Under the pieces are notes generated by a model. It had not been told where the DNA came from. It was given only the letters and a program-made list of their open reading frames with translations, and made no database searches. The translations under genes and the position numbers were made by a program. From Candidatus Parcubacteria bacterium (GTDB lineage: Bacteria; Patescibacteriota; Minisyncoccia; Phycocordibacterales; Phycocordibacteraceae): a stretch of DNA of 64,000 bases. The stretch spans positions 5,270 to 69,269 of the forward strand of contig JAXDML010000007.1 of assembly GCA_034666125.1 (NCBI GenBank), read 5' to 3'. Positions 56,563 through 64,000 of this stretch are shown here, in pieces. The first letter of the stretch is position 1. The number at the start of each line of letters is the position of its first letter.

Positions 56563-58544
56563 AGCGGCTCCCCTCCTCCCTTCAAATCTTCCGCGATGAC
56601 GATGGGATTCTCTTCCTCCTTCACTTTCGGCGTGATGCCGTTCAGTATCAATAGTTTCTCGAACTCCTCGCGTTCCAGCGTCTCGACCACGATGAGCTTT
56701 TCCGCGATCATCTCGAGCGCCTTTTTGTGGTCGGTAAGCACCGTGCGTGCCTTCTCCTTGGCCTCGTCGATGATGCGCGTGACCTCCGCGTCGATCTTCG
56801 CTGCCATGTCCTGCGAGTAGGTCTCGCTGCGGTAGTTCTGGTCGGTGGCAAAAGCGACGGGCCCGATCTTGTCGGACATGCCGTAGCGGGAGACCATGTC
56901 GCGCGCGAGCGCGACTACGACCGCGAGGTCGTTCGACGGTCCGGTCGTCACGTCATCGAACATCATCTCCTCGGCCACGTATCCGCCGAGCGTTCCCGCG
57001 ATCTCGTCAAGGAACTCCTTCTTCGACTGCAGCTTCGTGTCCTCGAACGGGAGCTTGAGGGTATATCCGCCCGCGCGCCCGCGGCTGATGATGGATATCT
57101 TATGCACCGGGTCGGCATGCGGCAGTACGCTCGACACGAGCGCGTGGCCGACCTCGTGGTATGCGGTCAGGCGCTTCTGCTTCTTACTCATGAGATGGCT
57201 CTTGCGCTCGGGACCGAGGATGACCTTCTCGATGGAGCGCACGAGGTCGTACTGCGTGATCTCGGTACGATTCTCGCGCGCGGCGAGAATGGCACCCTCG
57301 TTCATGAGGGAGTAGAGCTCGGCGCCCGAGAAGCCCGGCGTGCGCTCGGCGATCTGCTCGAGGTTCACGTCCGGACCGAAAGGCTTCGTGCGCGAATGCA
57401 CCTTCAGTATCTCCAGGCGGTCCTTGCGGTCCGGAAGATCGATGGTGACCCGGCGGTCGAAGCGCCCGGGGCGCAGGAGCGCCGGATCGAGCACGTCAGG
57501 ACGGTTCGTCGCGGCCATGACGATGACCTTCTCGTTCGGCTCGAAGCCGTCCATCTCCACGAGTATCTGGTTCAGCGTCTGTTCGCGCTCGTCGTTACCG
57601 CCGCCGACGCCCGTACCGCGCACGCGTCCGACCGCATCTATCTCATCTACGAAAATGATGGCGGGTGCGGTGCGCTTCGCGAGCTGGAACAGGTCGCGTA
57701 CGCGCGAGGCGCCGACTCCGACGAACATCTCGACGAATTCCGAGCCCGAGATGGAGAAGAATGGCACTCCGGCCTCTCCGGCGACCGCGCGCGCAAGAAG
57801 CGTCTTTCCGGTACCTGGCGCGCCCATGAGCATGATGCCCTTCGGGATACGCGCACCGATGTCGAGGAACTTCTTCGGGTTCTTGAGGAAATCCACGATC
57901 TCGAGCAGCTCCTCTTTCGCTTCCTTCGCGCCCGCGACGTCCTTGAAGGTCACGCGCTGCGCGTTATCCGCCGGGTCGATCATACGCGCCTTCGACTGTC
58001 CGAACGTGAACGCCTGCATGCCCGCGCCCTTCACCTGGCGCACGAGGAAGAGGAAGAGGACGCCGAGAAGCAGGACCGGCAGCAGGATGGGCGCGAGCGT
58101 CCCGAACCAGAAGCGGAATCCGCCTTCGGTGGCGATCGTGATGACGACCTTCGAGAATTCTTCCGGCGTGACGCCGTAGGCGGTAAGGGTTTCGGTAATG
58201 CCTTGTGACGGATCCTTCATCGCCTTCTTCTCGACGCCGTCGGCGTACGTGAGCGTGAGGTCCTCGCCCATAATGCGGATGTTCTGCACGATACCCGAGC
58301 GCACGTCGGCGGCCACTTGCGTAAGGGATATCTCCTCGGCCTTCTTGCCGTTCCCGGCCACGAGCGAGTACACGCTCATCAGAAGGAGGAGGATGAGGAC
58401 GGTCGAGATGAGATTCCCCGCGAAGCCCGGGCCTTTCGGCATGAAGCCGCCGAACCCGCCCTTCTTGGGGCCGGGCTTCTTGGCAGGGTTCTTTTTCTTA
58501 CCGCCTTTCTGTACAGGCGGCGGGGGTGGAAGCTTGGGTGCCAT
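56559..58544 (-). CDS. ftsH: ATP-dependent zinc metalloprotease FtsH
   Basis: Two [29 protein letters not shown]. Confidence 0.97.
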   Translation of the reverse strand: MAPKLPPPPPVQKGGKKKNPAKKPGPKKGGFGGFMPKGPGFAGNLISTVLILLLLMSVYSLVAGNGKKAEEISLTQVAADVRSGIVQNIRIMGEDLTLTYADGVEKKAMKDPSQGITETLTAYGVTPEEFSKVVITIATEGGFRFWFGTLAPILLPVLLLGVLFLFLVRQVKGAGMQAFTFGQSKARMIDPADNAQRVTFKDVAGAKEAKEELLEIVDFLKNPKKFLDIGARIPKGIMLMGAPGTGKTLLARAVAGEAGVPFFSISGSEFVEMFVGVGASRVRDLFQLAKRTAPAIIFVDEIDAVGRVRGTGVGGGNDEREQTLNQILVEMDGFEPNEKVIVMAATNRPDVLDPALLRPGRFDRRVTIDLPDRKDRLEILKVHSRTKPFGPDVNLEQIAERTPGFSGAELYSLMNEGAILAARENRTEITQYDLVRSIEKVILGPERKSHLMSKKQKRLTAYHEVGHALVSSVLPHADPVHKISIISRGRAGGYTLKLPFEDTKLQSKKEFLDEIAGTLGGYVAEEMMFDDVTTGPSNDLAVVVALARDMVSRYGMSDKIGPVAFATDQNYRSETYSQDMAAKIDAEVTRIIDEAKEKARTVLTDHKKALEMIAEKLIVVETLEREEFEKLLILNGITPKVKEEENPIVIAEDLKGGGEPL

Positions 58545-58593
58545 ACGTTGCAGGCACTATACAATAGATTGTATTCATGCGAAAACTCTTTCT

Positions 58594-59040
58594 ATGTCGC
58601 TGATAGAGAACAAGAAGGCCCGCCTGCGCTATTCGATCCTGGAAACCTTCCAGGCCGGGCTCGAATTGTCCGGGGGCGAGGTGAAGGCGCTCCGTAGGAA
58701 ACAGGGCAAACTCGACGGTTCACGCGTCATCGTACGCGGGGGTGAGGCCTTTGTCGTAGGCATGCAGATCCCGCCGTACCAGCCTTCGAACACGCCGGCC
58801 GACTACGACCCGGAGCGTACTCGCCGCCTCCTCCTTACGAAGACGGAAATAACCGAACTGGCCGACGTGGAAGTGCGTAAAGGCTTGACAGTTGTGCCTA
58901 TTGAGGTATATACTAGCGGGAGATATATCAAGGTGCGTGTGGCAGTCGTGCGCGGAAAAGGCAAGTCCGACAAGCGAGAGGATCTCAAGCTCAAGGACGC
59001 CAAACGCGAAATGGATCGCGCCCTGAAACGTCGAACCTAG
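58594..59040 (+). CDS. smpB: SsrA-binding protein
   Basis: NKKAR, AGLELSGGEVK, RTRRLLL, DKRE. Confidence 0.95.
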   Translation: MSLIENKKARLRYSILETFQAGLELSGGEVKALRRKQGKLDGSRVIVRGGEAFVVGMQIPPYQPSNTPADYDPERTRRLLLTKTEITELADVEVRKGLTVVPIEVYTSGRYIKVRVAVVRGKGKSDKREDLKLKDAKREMDRALKRRT

Positions 59041-59088
59041 TAGCGATCGGTCCCGGGCTTGAACTATGCTCCTGTATAGTTCAAGCCC

Positions 59089-59498
59089 GGGGGTGACCGG
59101 CTTTGACGGTCTGTCCTTTGAGAGACGTGCGACGCGATGGAAGATTGTTGTCCATCTAAATCTCGCAATCAAAAATACTTGCAAACAAATCGAATGCAAG
59201 CGTGAAGTCTCCGTACTTCGGTATGGGCAGCTTCGCGTTCGCGAAGGTGTAAGCTCGAGCTTCGGCTCGCTTTACCTAGCGACGTCCTCCTTCCCCGGTT
59301 CTCGTAGCGGGTAGGTAGGGCGGAATCTTCTACGGGATCGATAGCTGTCCGTCCGCGCAGCTACCTAAACAAGGACTCAGGCAGAAGCGTTTTCGTTAGC
59401 GTTCTTATGCTTCCGCTGAAACCTCAATGCTAACTACGCGTCGTAGACTCGCTCTCAAAGCCAGGCTGGACCGGAGTTCAACTCTCCGCACCTCCACC
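59089..59498 (+). ncRNA. ssrA: tmRNA
   Basis: GGGGGTG/CACCTCC-ACC acceptor with G3-U70; T-arm GGAGTTCAACTCTCC; tag ORF 59181-59252; next to smpB. Confidence 0.93.
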
Positions 59499-59506
59499 GA
59501 TATAGA

Positions 59507-59546
59507 ATATCTAGAAATAGCGCCTCGAGGCGCTATTTCTAGATAT
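59507..59546. terminator. Perfect 40-bp palindrome between convergent ssrA and rnj
   Basis: ATATCTAGAAATAGCGCCTC|GAGGCGCTATTTCTAGATAT. Confidence 0.75.
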
Positions 59547-59562
59547 GGCAGTTCTTTGATTG

Positions 59563-61338
59563 CTAAACGCGTATAAGCACTGGGATTACAATCGGGACCT
59601 TGTTCGTTTTCTGGAAAAGAAAGCCGATCACCGCATCGGCTATCTCGTCTCGGATACGATCGTCGTCGACCCCTCTCGAGTCCTTGAAAGCATGCTCGGT
59701 CACCCTCTTAACCAAGAGACGGGACTCGTGCAGCAATGGCTGTGATTCGCGCAGGTATACGAATCCGCGAGAGATAATGTCGGGCGATTTGCGAAGCCTT
59801 CCGGTCTTGCCATCAACGGTTACGACAACGATAAACATCCCTTCTTTTGCGAGCGTGAGGCGGTCGCGTATGACGGGCTCTTGCCGGGCACCTACGGCGA
59901 ACCCATCGACGGCCAGCGGGTCTGAAGGCACCTTTTCTTCGTGTATCTCAAGCCTTTCCCCGTCCACGATGTCTATGACCATGCCGTTATCGGCAACGAT
60001 GGTGCTTTCTCTTGCGCGTCCTGCCTGCTCCACGACTTTGGCATGCGTCGAGGTCTTGGAATAGTATCCGTGCGCGGGCATAAAGAACTGCGCGTTCACG
60101 GTCCGATCGAGCCAAGCCAGTTCGCTTGCGTTGCCGTGACCGCTTGAATGCACATTGTCCGATCGGTAGTGGATAAGCGTCACTGTGTGTCGATACAGCA
60201 GGTCCTTGAGCCTTTGAACAGAAAGTTCGTTCCCCGGAATGACGGAGGAAGAAAGTACGATCGTGTCCCGCTCGGTGAACGAGATGTATTTATGCTGCTT
60301 AGTAGCGATGCGGGTCAGGGCTCCGAACTCCTCGCCCTGTGCTCCGGTTGCCAGGATGACCAGCTTGTCGGACGCGTAGCTTCCCGTATCCTGCATCCGT
60401 ATGATCGTGCCGGGTTGAGGTCGAAGCAATCCCGTCTTTTGGGCGATCTCGATGTTGTTCTGAATGGACCTGCCAACGGGTACTACTTTCTTACCAAGCC
60501 TTTCCGCAGTTGTAATGAGGTTGATCATGCGTTCGAGTTGAGTGGAAATGACGCCAATAACCAGTCGACCGTGCACCCCTTGCATGATCTCATCAAGATT
60601 CTGCCGCACCCGCGGTTCCGGGATAGAGAAACCGGGGCTATCCGCGTTGGTCGAGTCGGAAACGAAAAGCAGATTCTTCTGGGCTCCCAAGGCACTCCAC
60701 ATCTTGACCTCATGCGGGACAGGCACGCCGTTCTCATGACCGACCTTCAGGTCGCCCGTGAATATGACGTTCCCGTACGGCGTTTCGATCGCAACGCCCA
60801 TCGCGTCGGGAATCGAGTGAGTAACCGGAAAGAACTGCACGTGCGTTCCGCCGATGGCATGCCGTGAGAAGTTCTCTACCTCGATGATATTCAAAGCGGG
60901 CGCATCCGGATATTCCTCCTGACGCCTTCTGATGATCACCGCGCTCAGTTGCTGGGTATATATCGGAGGGTTCCCGATGCGGTCCATGAGGAACGGTATC
61001 GCTCCCACGTGATCCAGGTGCCCGTGCGTAATGAGGACTGCACGGATCCGCACAGCGTTCTCCTCGAGATACGCCGGATTCGGTAGAAGGTAGTCTACGC
61101 CCGGGTTCTCGTCAGGGGACACGAACTGGAAACCCGCATCGACGACGAAGATGTCCGGACCGGTTTCGACCACGCACATGTTACGGCCGATCTCCTCGAC
61201 TCCCCCGAGCGGGATGATGCGCACGGTGTCGGTTCCGGGAGGTACCGGTGAATACGGTAACGGCGTATGAGGTCGTTGTTTCGTACTGCGCTGTTGAGCG
61301 CGCTCCGGCATGCGTGCCGAAGCAGATGGATGAACCAT
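59563..61338 (-). CDS. rnj: Ribonuclease J
   Basis: PLGGVEEIGRN, THGHLDHVG, HSIPD, GAQGE, HSSGH. Confidence 0.95.
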   Translation of the reverse strand: MVHPSASARMPERAQQRSTKQRPHTPLPYSPVPPGTDTVRIIPLGGVEEIGRNMCVVETGPDIFVVDAGFQFVSPDENPGVDYLLPNPAYLEENAVRIRAVLITHGHLDHVGAIPFLMDRIGNPPIYTQQLSAVIIRRRQEEYPDAPALNIIEVENFSRHAIGGTHVQFFPVTHSIPDAMGVAIETPYGNVIFTGDLKVGHENGVPVPHEVKMWSALGAQKNLLFVSDSTNADSPGFSIPEPRVRQNLDEIMQGVHGRLVIGVISTQLERMINLITTAERLGKKVVPVGRSIQNNIEIAQKTGLLRPQPGTIIRMQDTGSYASDKLVILATGAQGEEFGALTRIATKQHKYISFTERDTIVLSSSVIPGNELSVQRLKDLLYRHTVTLIHYRSDNVHSSGHGNASELAWLDRTVNAQFFMPAHGYYSKTSTHAKVVEQAGRARESTIVADNGMVIDIVDGERLEIHEEKVPSDPLAVDGFAVGARQEPVIRDRLTLAKEGMFIVVVTVDGKTGRLRKSPDIISRGFVYLRESQPLLHESRLLVKRVTEHAFKDSRGVDDDRIRDEIADAVIGFLFQKTNKVPIVIPVLIRV

Positions 61339-61486
61339 AAGATTCTTGCATTAACACGATACAGAAAGCGGCGCCTTGCTAGACGTGTGTTCTGATCGAT
61401 GTGGACGTCGGACCAAGAGTGGCCGGACTTGATAAGTAGTAGCGGAACTTCGCGACTGTAGTAGCGGCCGAGTGGCAGCTGAAAAG

Positions 61487-61514
61487 AGTCTACCCTTTCT
61501 GTTTACTTTGTCAA
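61487..61514 (-). promoter_or_regulatory. Sigma70 promoter for rnj
   Basis: TTGACA-16 nt-TAGACT, adjacent to an upstream terminator hairpin at about 61514-61541. Confidence 0.6.
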
Positions 61515-61564
61515 TAAAGGCCTGCCGAAGCGGGCCTTTATCGTTTGCATATCGCATCGGTTTC

Positions 61565-62152
61565 TTAGTAACGAGGTTTGAGCAGCGTAAAGGATTTAGG
61601 GATCCGAAGCGTCTTGAACGAGGCCTCTAGGACGGGCTTATATTTCTTCCATTCTTTCTCAGGCACTTCCGCCGCGACAGTATAGGAGTAATCGGGGCCG
61701 ACGGTGTCTACGGCGATATAACGTACCCGTGACTTTCCTCCGATGCCCGCCTGCTTCATTTCCAGATCGAAGCCATAGGCGATGCCCAGCCGGATGCGCT
61801 TATTTTTCACGACCTTGCCATGTGCCTTCTTCCCGCCGTTTTTATACAACGCGATGATCCGCTCCGTTTTCCCGAGCGCCGTTTCAGCTTCGGAGTAACC
61901 CCTGCCGACACCGACCACCATGCTGACGGTCCTCTCCGAATTCGTAAAGGATACGTAAGCCGCAGGCGGTTCATCGACAAGAACGGTCGGGGTCCATCCT
62001 TTCGGCGCACGGATTATGGGAGTACCGAGAGGGGTGACGTATACGGCGCTCTCGAGCTTCTTCGTGTCTGACGCCGCCTCGGCGGATTGCGGACCGATCG
62101 CTGCCGAACAAAGGATGAACGAAGCGATCAGTAGATAGGATAGGGGTTTCAT
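61565..62152 (-). CDS. Secreted hypothetical protein (PsbP/Mog1-like, tentative)
   Basis: Signal peptide; APKGW and WKKYKPVLEASFKTL pattern. Confidence 0.5.
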   Translation of the reverse strand: MKPLSYLLIASFILCSAAIGPQSAEAASDTKKLESAVYVTPLGTPIIRAPKGWTPTVLVDEPPAAYVSFTNSERTVSMVVGVGRGYSEAETALGKTERIIALYKNGGKKAHGKVVKNKRIRLGIAYGFDLEMKQAGIGGKSRVRYIAVDTVGPDYSYTVAAEVPEKEWKKYKPVLEASFKTLRIPKSFTLLKPRY

Positions 62153-62162
62153 TCTTTAACGA

Positions 62163-63368
62163 CTATCTAGCGCACGCGGTCTTCGGGCCGAGTTTCTTCG
62201 TTCCCTGGGCGGCATATCCAGTCGAGTCGACGCAGTAATATTTGCCGCTCGGAAGCTTCGCGCTTGCCGCGAATGCCTGCGGGGTCGCGTTGCACTCCAC
62301 GCTGACCTTGGCGGACTTGAAAACGTTCCGTATGTCAGCGTCGGCGCATAGGCCTTTATACCCGTTGCGGCCGTTGCCGTCGTAATAGAGTTCGGCCATG
62401 GCGCGCGTGTTCGAGAGAGACGACTTGATGGCGCTCTCGGCGAGCGTGCTGCGTCCGCCGTCCGAGCTCTCCTCCATCTCGCGGAGCAGCTTCTCGAGCC
62501 CTACTGCTCCGGAAGGCTTCTTGATCTTCGAGACCTTCCCGTACGAGTAGGTCGTCGTCCCTTCGACAAGGAGGCTCGTGGCATAGTCGGTATGCGCTAC
62601 GCGGTACGTGATGCGGGTCGGCAGGTACGAGGACTTGTCGATGGTAAGCGTCCCGGTAACGGCCTTGAACTGCGAGGCTATCCGAGAGGCTTCGGCGGCC
62701 GTATAGATCACCTCCTCGTCCGAGAGCCGGCTCGTTTCGTTAATGAGCTGGAGGAGCTGGGACGGATTCACCCGGAAATCGTATACGTACTCCTTTCCGG
62801 TCGAGCCGTGCTCGGTGAATACGAGGGCAGGATACTGTCCGGACGTGCCGCCGAGTGCCGCGAGCACCTCTTTTACCGAGAGCCGCGCCGTCGAGCCGTA
62901 GAACTCCTCTCCGTCCATATCGACCCGGACCCATTTCTTGATCATTCCCTTGAGGTCGAAAAAGTCAGTGGCAGGCGCCTTAGTAACCTTGAAATATGCT
63001 TCGTCGCGCATGGGCAAGATCTTGAATTCGAACGCCAGGCTGAGATCCTTCTTGCCGAAGAGCGAGCTTATGAGGCCGCCCACGCCCGGATCGGCAACGC
63101 GTATCGAGAACGCGCCCTCTGCGTTGGCATCCTGTCCGGCTTCGCTCGCCGTACTTCCCTTGATAGTGCCCGAGAGGACCTTCCGCCCCGACTCGCTGAG
63201 CGTAAAGGACGCCGTGCTATCGCTGCGGCTCGCGGGGAGGGCGTCCACGGCTTCGCTCATCCTCAGGACGGGGACGGGGAGCGCCTGTGCCTCGGACGGC
63301 GACGGAATAAGAAAAAGGCCGCACAGGACGAAGGCCAGGAACGCGGGCGAACGAAGTATGTGGGTCAT
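62163..63368 (-). CDS. Secreted protein with C-terminal pilin-like globular domain
   Basis: Sec signal; TIDKSSYLPTRI; tail AIKSSLSNTRAMAELYYD...YYCVDSTG matches the pilin at 36288-36749. Confidence 0.7.
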   Translation of the reverse strand: MTHILRSPAFLAFVLCGLFLIPSPSEAQALPVPVLRMSEAVDALPASRSDSTASFTLSESGRKVLSGTIKGSTASEAGQDANAEGAFSIRVADPGVGGLISSLFGKKDLSLAFEFKILPMRDEAYFKVTKAPATDFFDLKGMIKKWVRVDMDGEEFYGSTARLSVKEVLAALGGTSGQYPALVFTEHGSTGKEYVYDFRVNPSQLLQLINETSRLSDEEVIYTAAEASRIASQFKAVTGTLTIDKSSYLPTRITYRVAHTDYATSLLVEGTTTYSYGKVSKIKKPSGAVGLEKLLREMEESSDGGRSTLAESAIKSSLSNTRAMAELYYDGNGRNGYKGLCADADIRNVFKSAKVSVECNATPQAFAASAKLPSGKYYCVDSTGYAAQGTKKLGPKTACAR

Positions 63369-63397
63369 GAAGAGGGGTGAACGGATAAGATTCCTTT

Positions 63398-64000
63398 CTA
63401 GCGAGAGGCGGCCTTGCGTGCCGGGCGACGGCGCCTCTTCTTCTCGGGAGCTTCTGCGGGCTTTGCCGTCTTGCGCGCCATGATCCGCATGCCCTCTTTC
63501 TGGTATTTCTCGAGCCCAGCGATGAGCCGCGACGCATCCGTGATGCGGATGCCAGTTTCTCCGGCGGGTTCGAATTTTATGCCAAGCCATCCGAGGCTCC
63601 TGCGGACGTTCTCCGTGAAGCTCTCCCGATCCTGCCAGTTGCTTGCGGCAGCAAGGGTCCGATTGATGACGGTTTCGAGCTCCGTGACCAGTCTTGAAAG
63701 GACCACCGGGTTGTCGTAATCGATAGGCTCACCCGTATCCTCCCACCTGGTCTTGCGGACCTCGTCGTCGAAGGCGCTGAAGCCCTGGTTCCATTGCTCG
63801 ACCGGCGAAAGCCCGTCGCGTACCGCGCGTTCGGCACGACGGGAAGAAGTGTACAAGCGAGATACTTTCGCGCCGCCGTAGGCGATCGGGGTGTGCGAAC
63901 GCGCTCCGGTACGAGCCGCCTTGATCCGGCGACCGAGGTCCACGTCCTCCGCGAGACGGGATTCCGAATCGTAGCCGCCGATGGCCGCATAGGTGCTTGC
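63398..64000 (-). CDS. Glycosyltransferase family 2 (partial, runs off window end)
   Basis: AIGGYD..AEDVDLGRR and YTSSRR motifs. Confidence 0.75.
   Translation of the reverse strand, partial: ASTYAAIGGYDSESRLAEDVDLGRRIKAARTGARSHTPIAYGGAKVSRLYTSSRRAERAVRDGLSPVEQWNQGFSAFDDEVRKTRWEDTGEPIDYDNPVVLSRLVTELETVINRTLAAASNWQDRESFTENVRRSLGWLGIKFEPAGETGIRITDASRLIAGLEKYQKEGMRIMARKTAKPAEAPEKKRRRRPARKAASR

Noticed and set aside
59066-59314. 82-aa ORF after smpB
   Set aside because: Lies within tmRNA.
1-64000. CRISPR array, prophage, IS element, retron or DGR
   Set aside because: No repeat-spacer array, integrase, transposase, reverse transcriptase or phage structural gene was recognised.

Overview
A 64-kb GC-rich bacterial chromosomal segment, mostly on the minus strand. 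Gene content points to Patescibacteria/CPR, probably Parcubacteria (inference): a compact type IV pilus locus with many pilins, a shortened RF2, gatCA, ligA, recG, ftsH, smpB-ssrA, rnj, ftsEX and seven tRNAs. The standout feature is a ComQXPA-like cluster at 22.1-26.9 kb, read here as prenylated-peptide signalling. It runs idi, an OmpR-type regulator, an uncalled 37-aa ComX-like peptide with Trp four residues from the C-terminus, a membrane histidine kinase, a DDxxD prenyltransferase and a Zn-ribbon-PAS protein. The promoter of that last gene carries 11-bp tandem repeats. Other notable items are a tRNA-Ile with a UAU anticodon, recurring A31-C39 tRNA mismatches, two SET-domain genes linked to a sensor kinase, and a sortase-anchored ice-binding-domain protein. 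A probable clan-CD protease sits inside the pilus locus, the tmRNA tag is atypical, and -10 boxes sit 6-9 nt upstream of many start codons. No CRISPR array, integrase or transposase was seen. All calls come from motif recognition by eye; no database searches were run.
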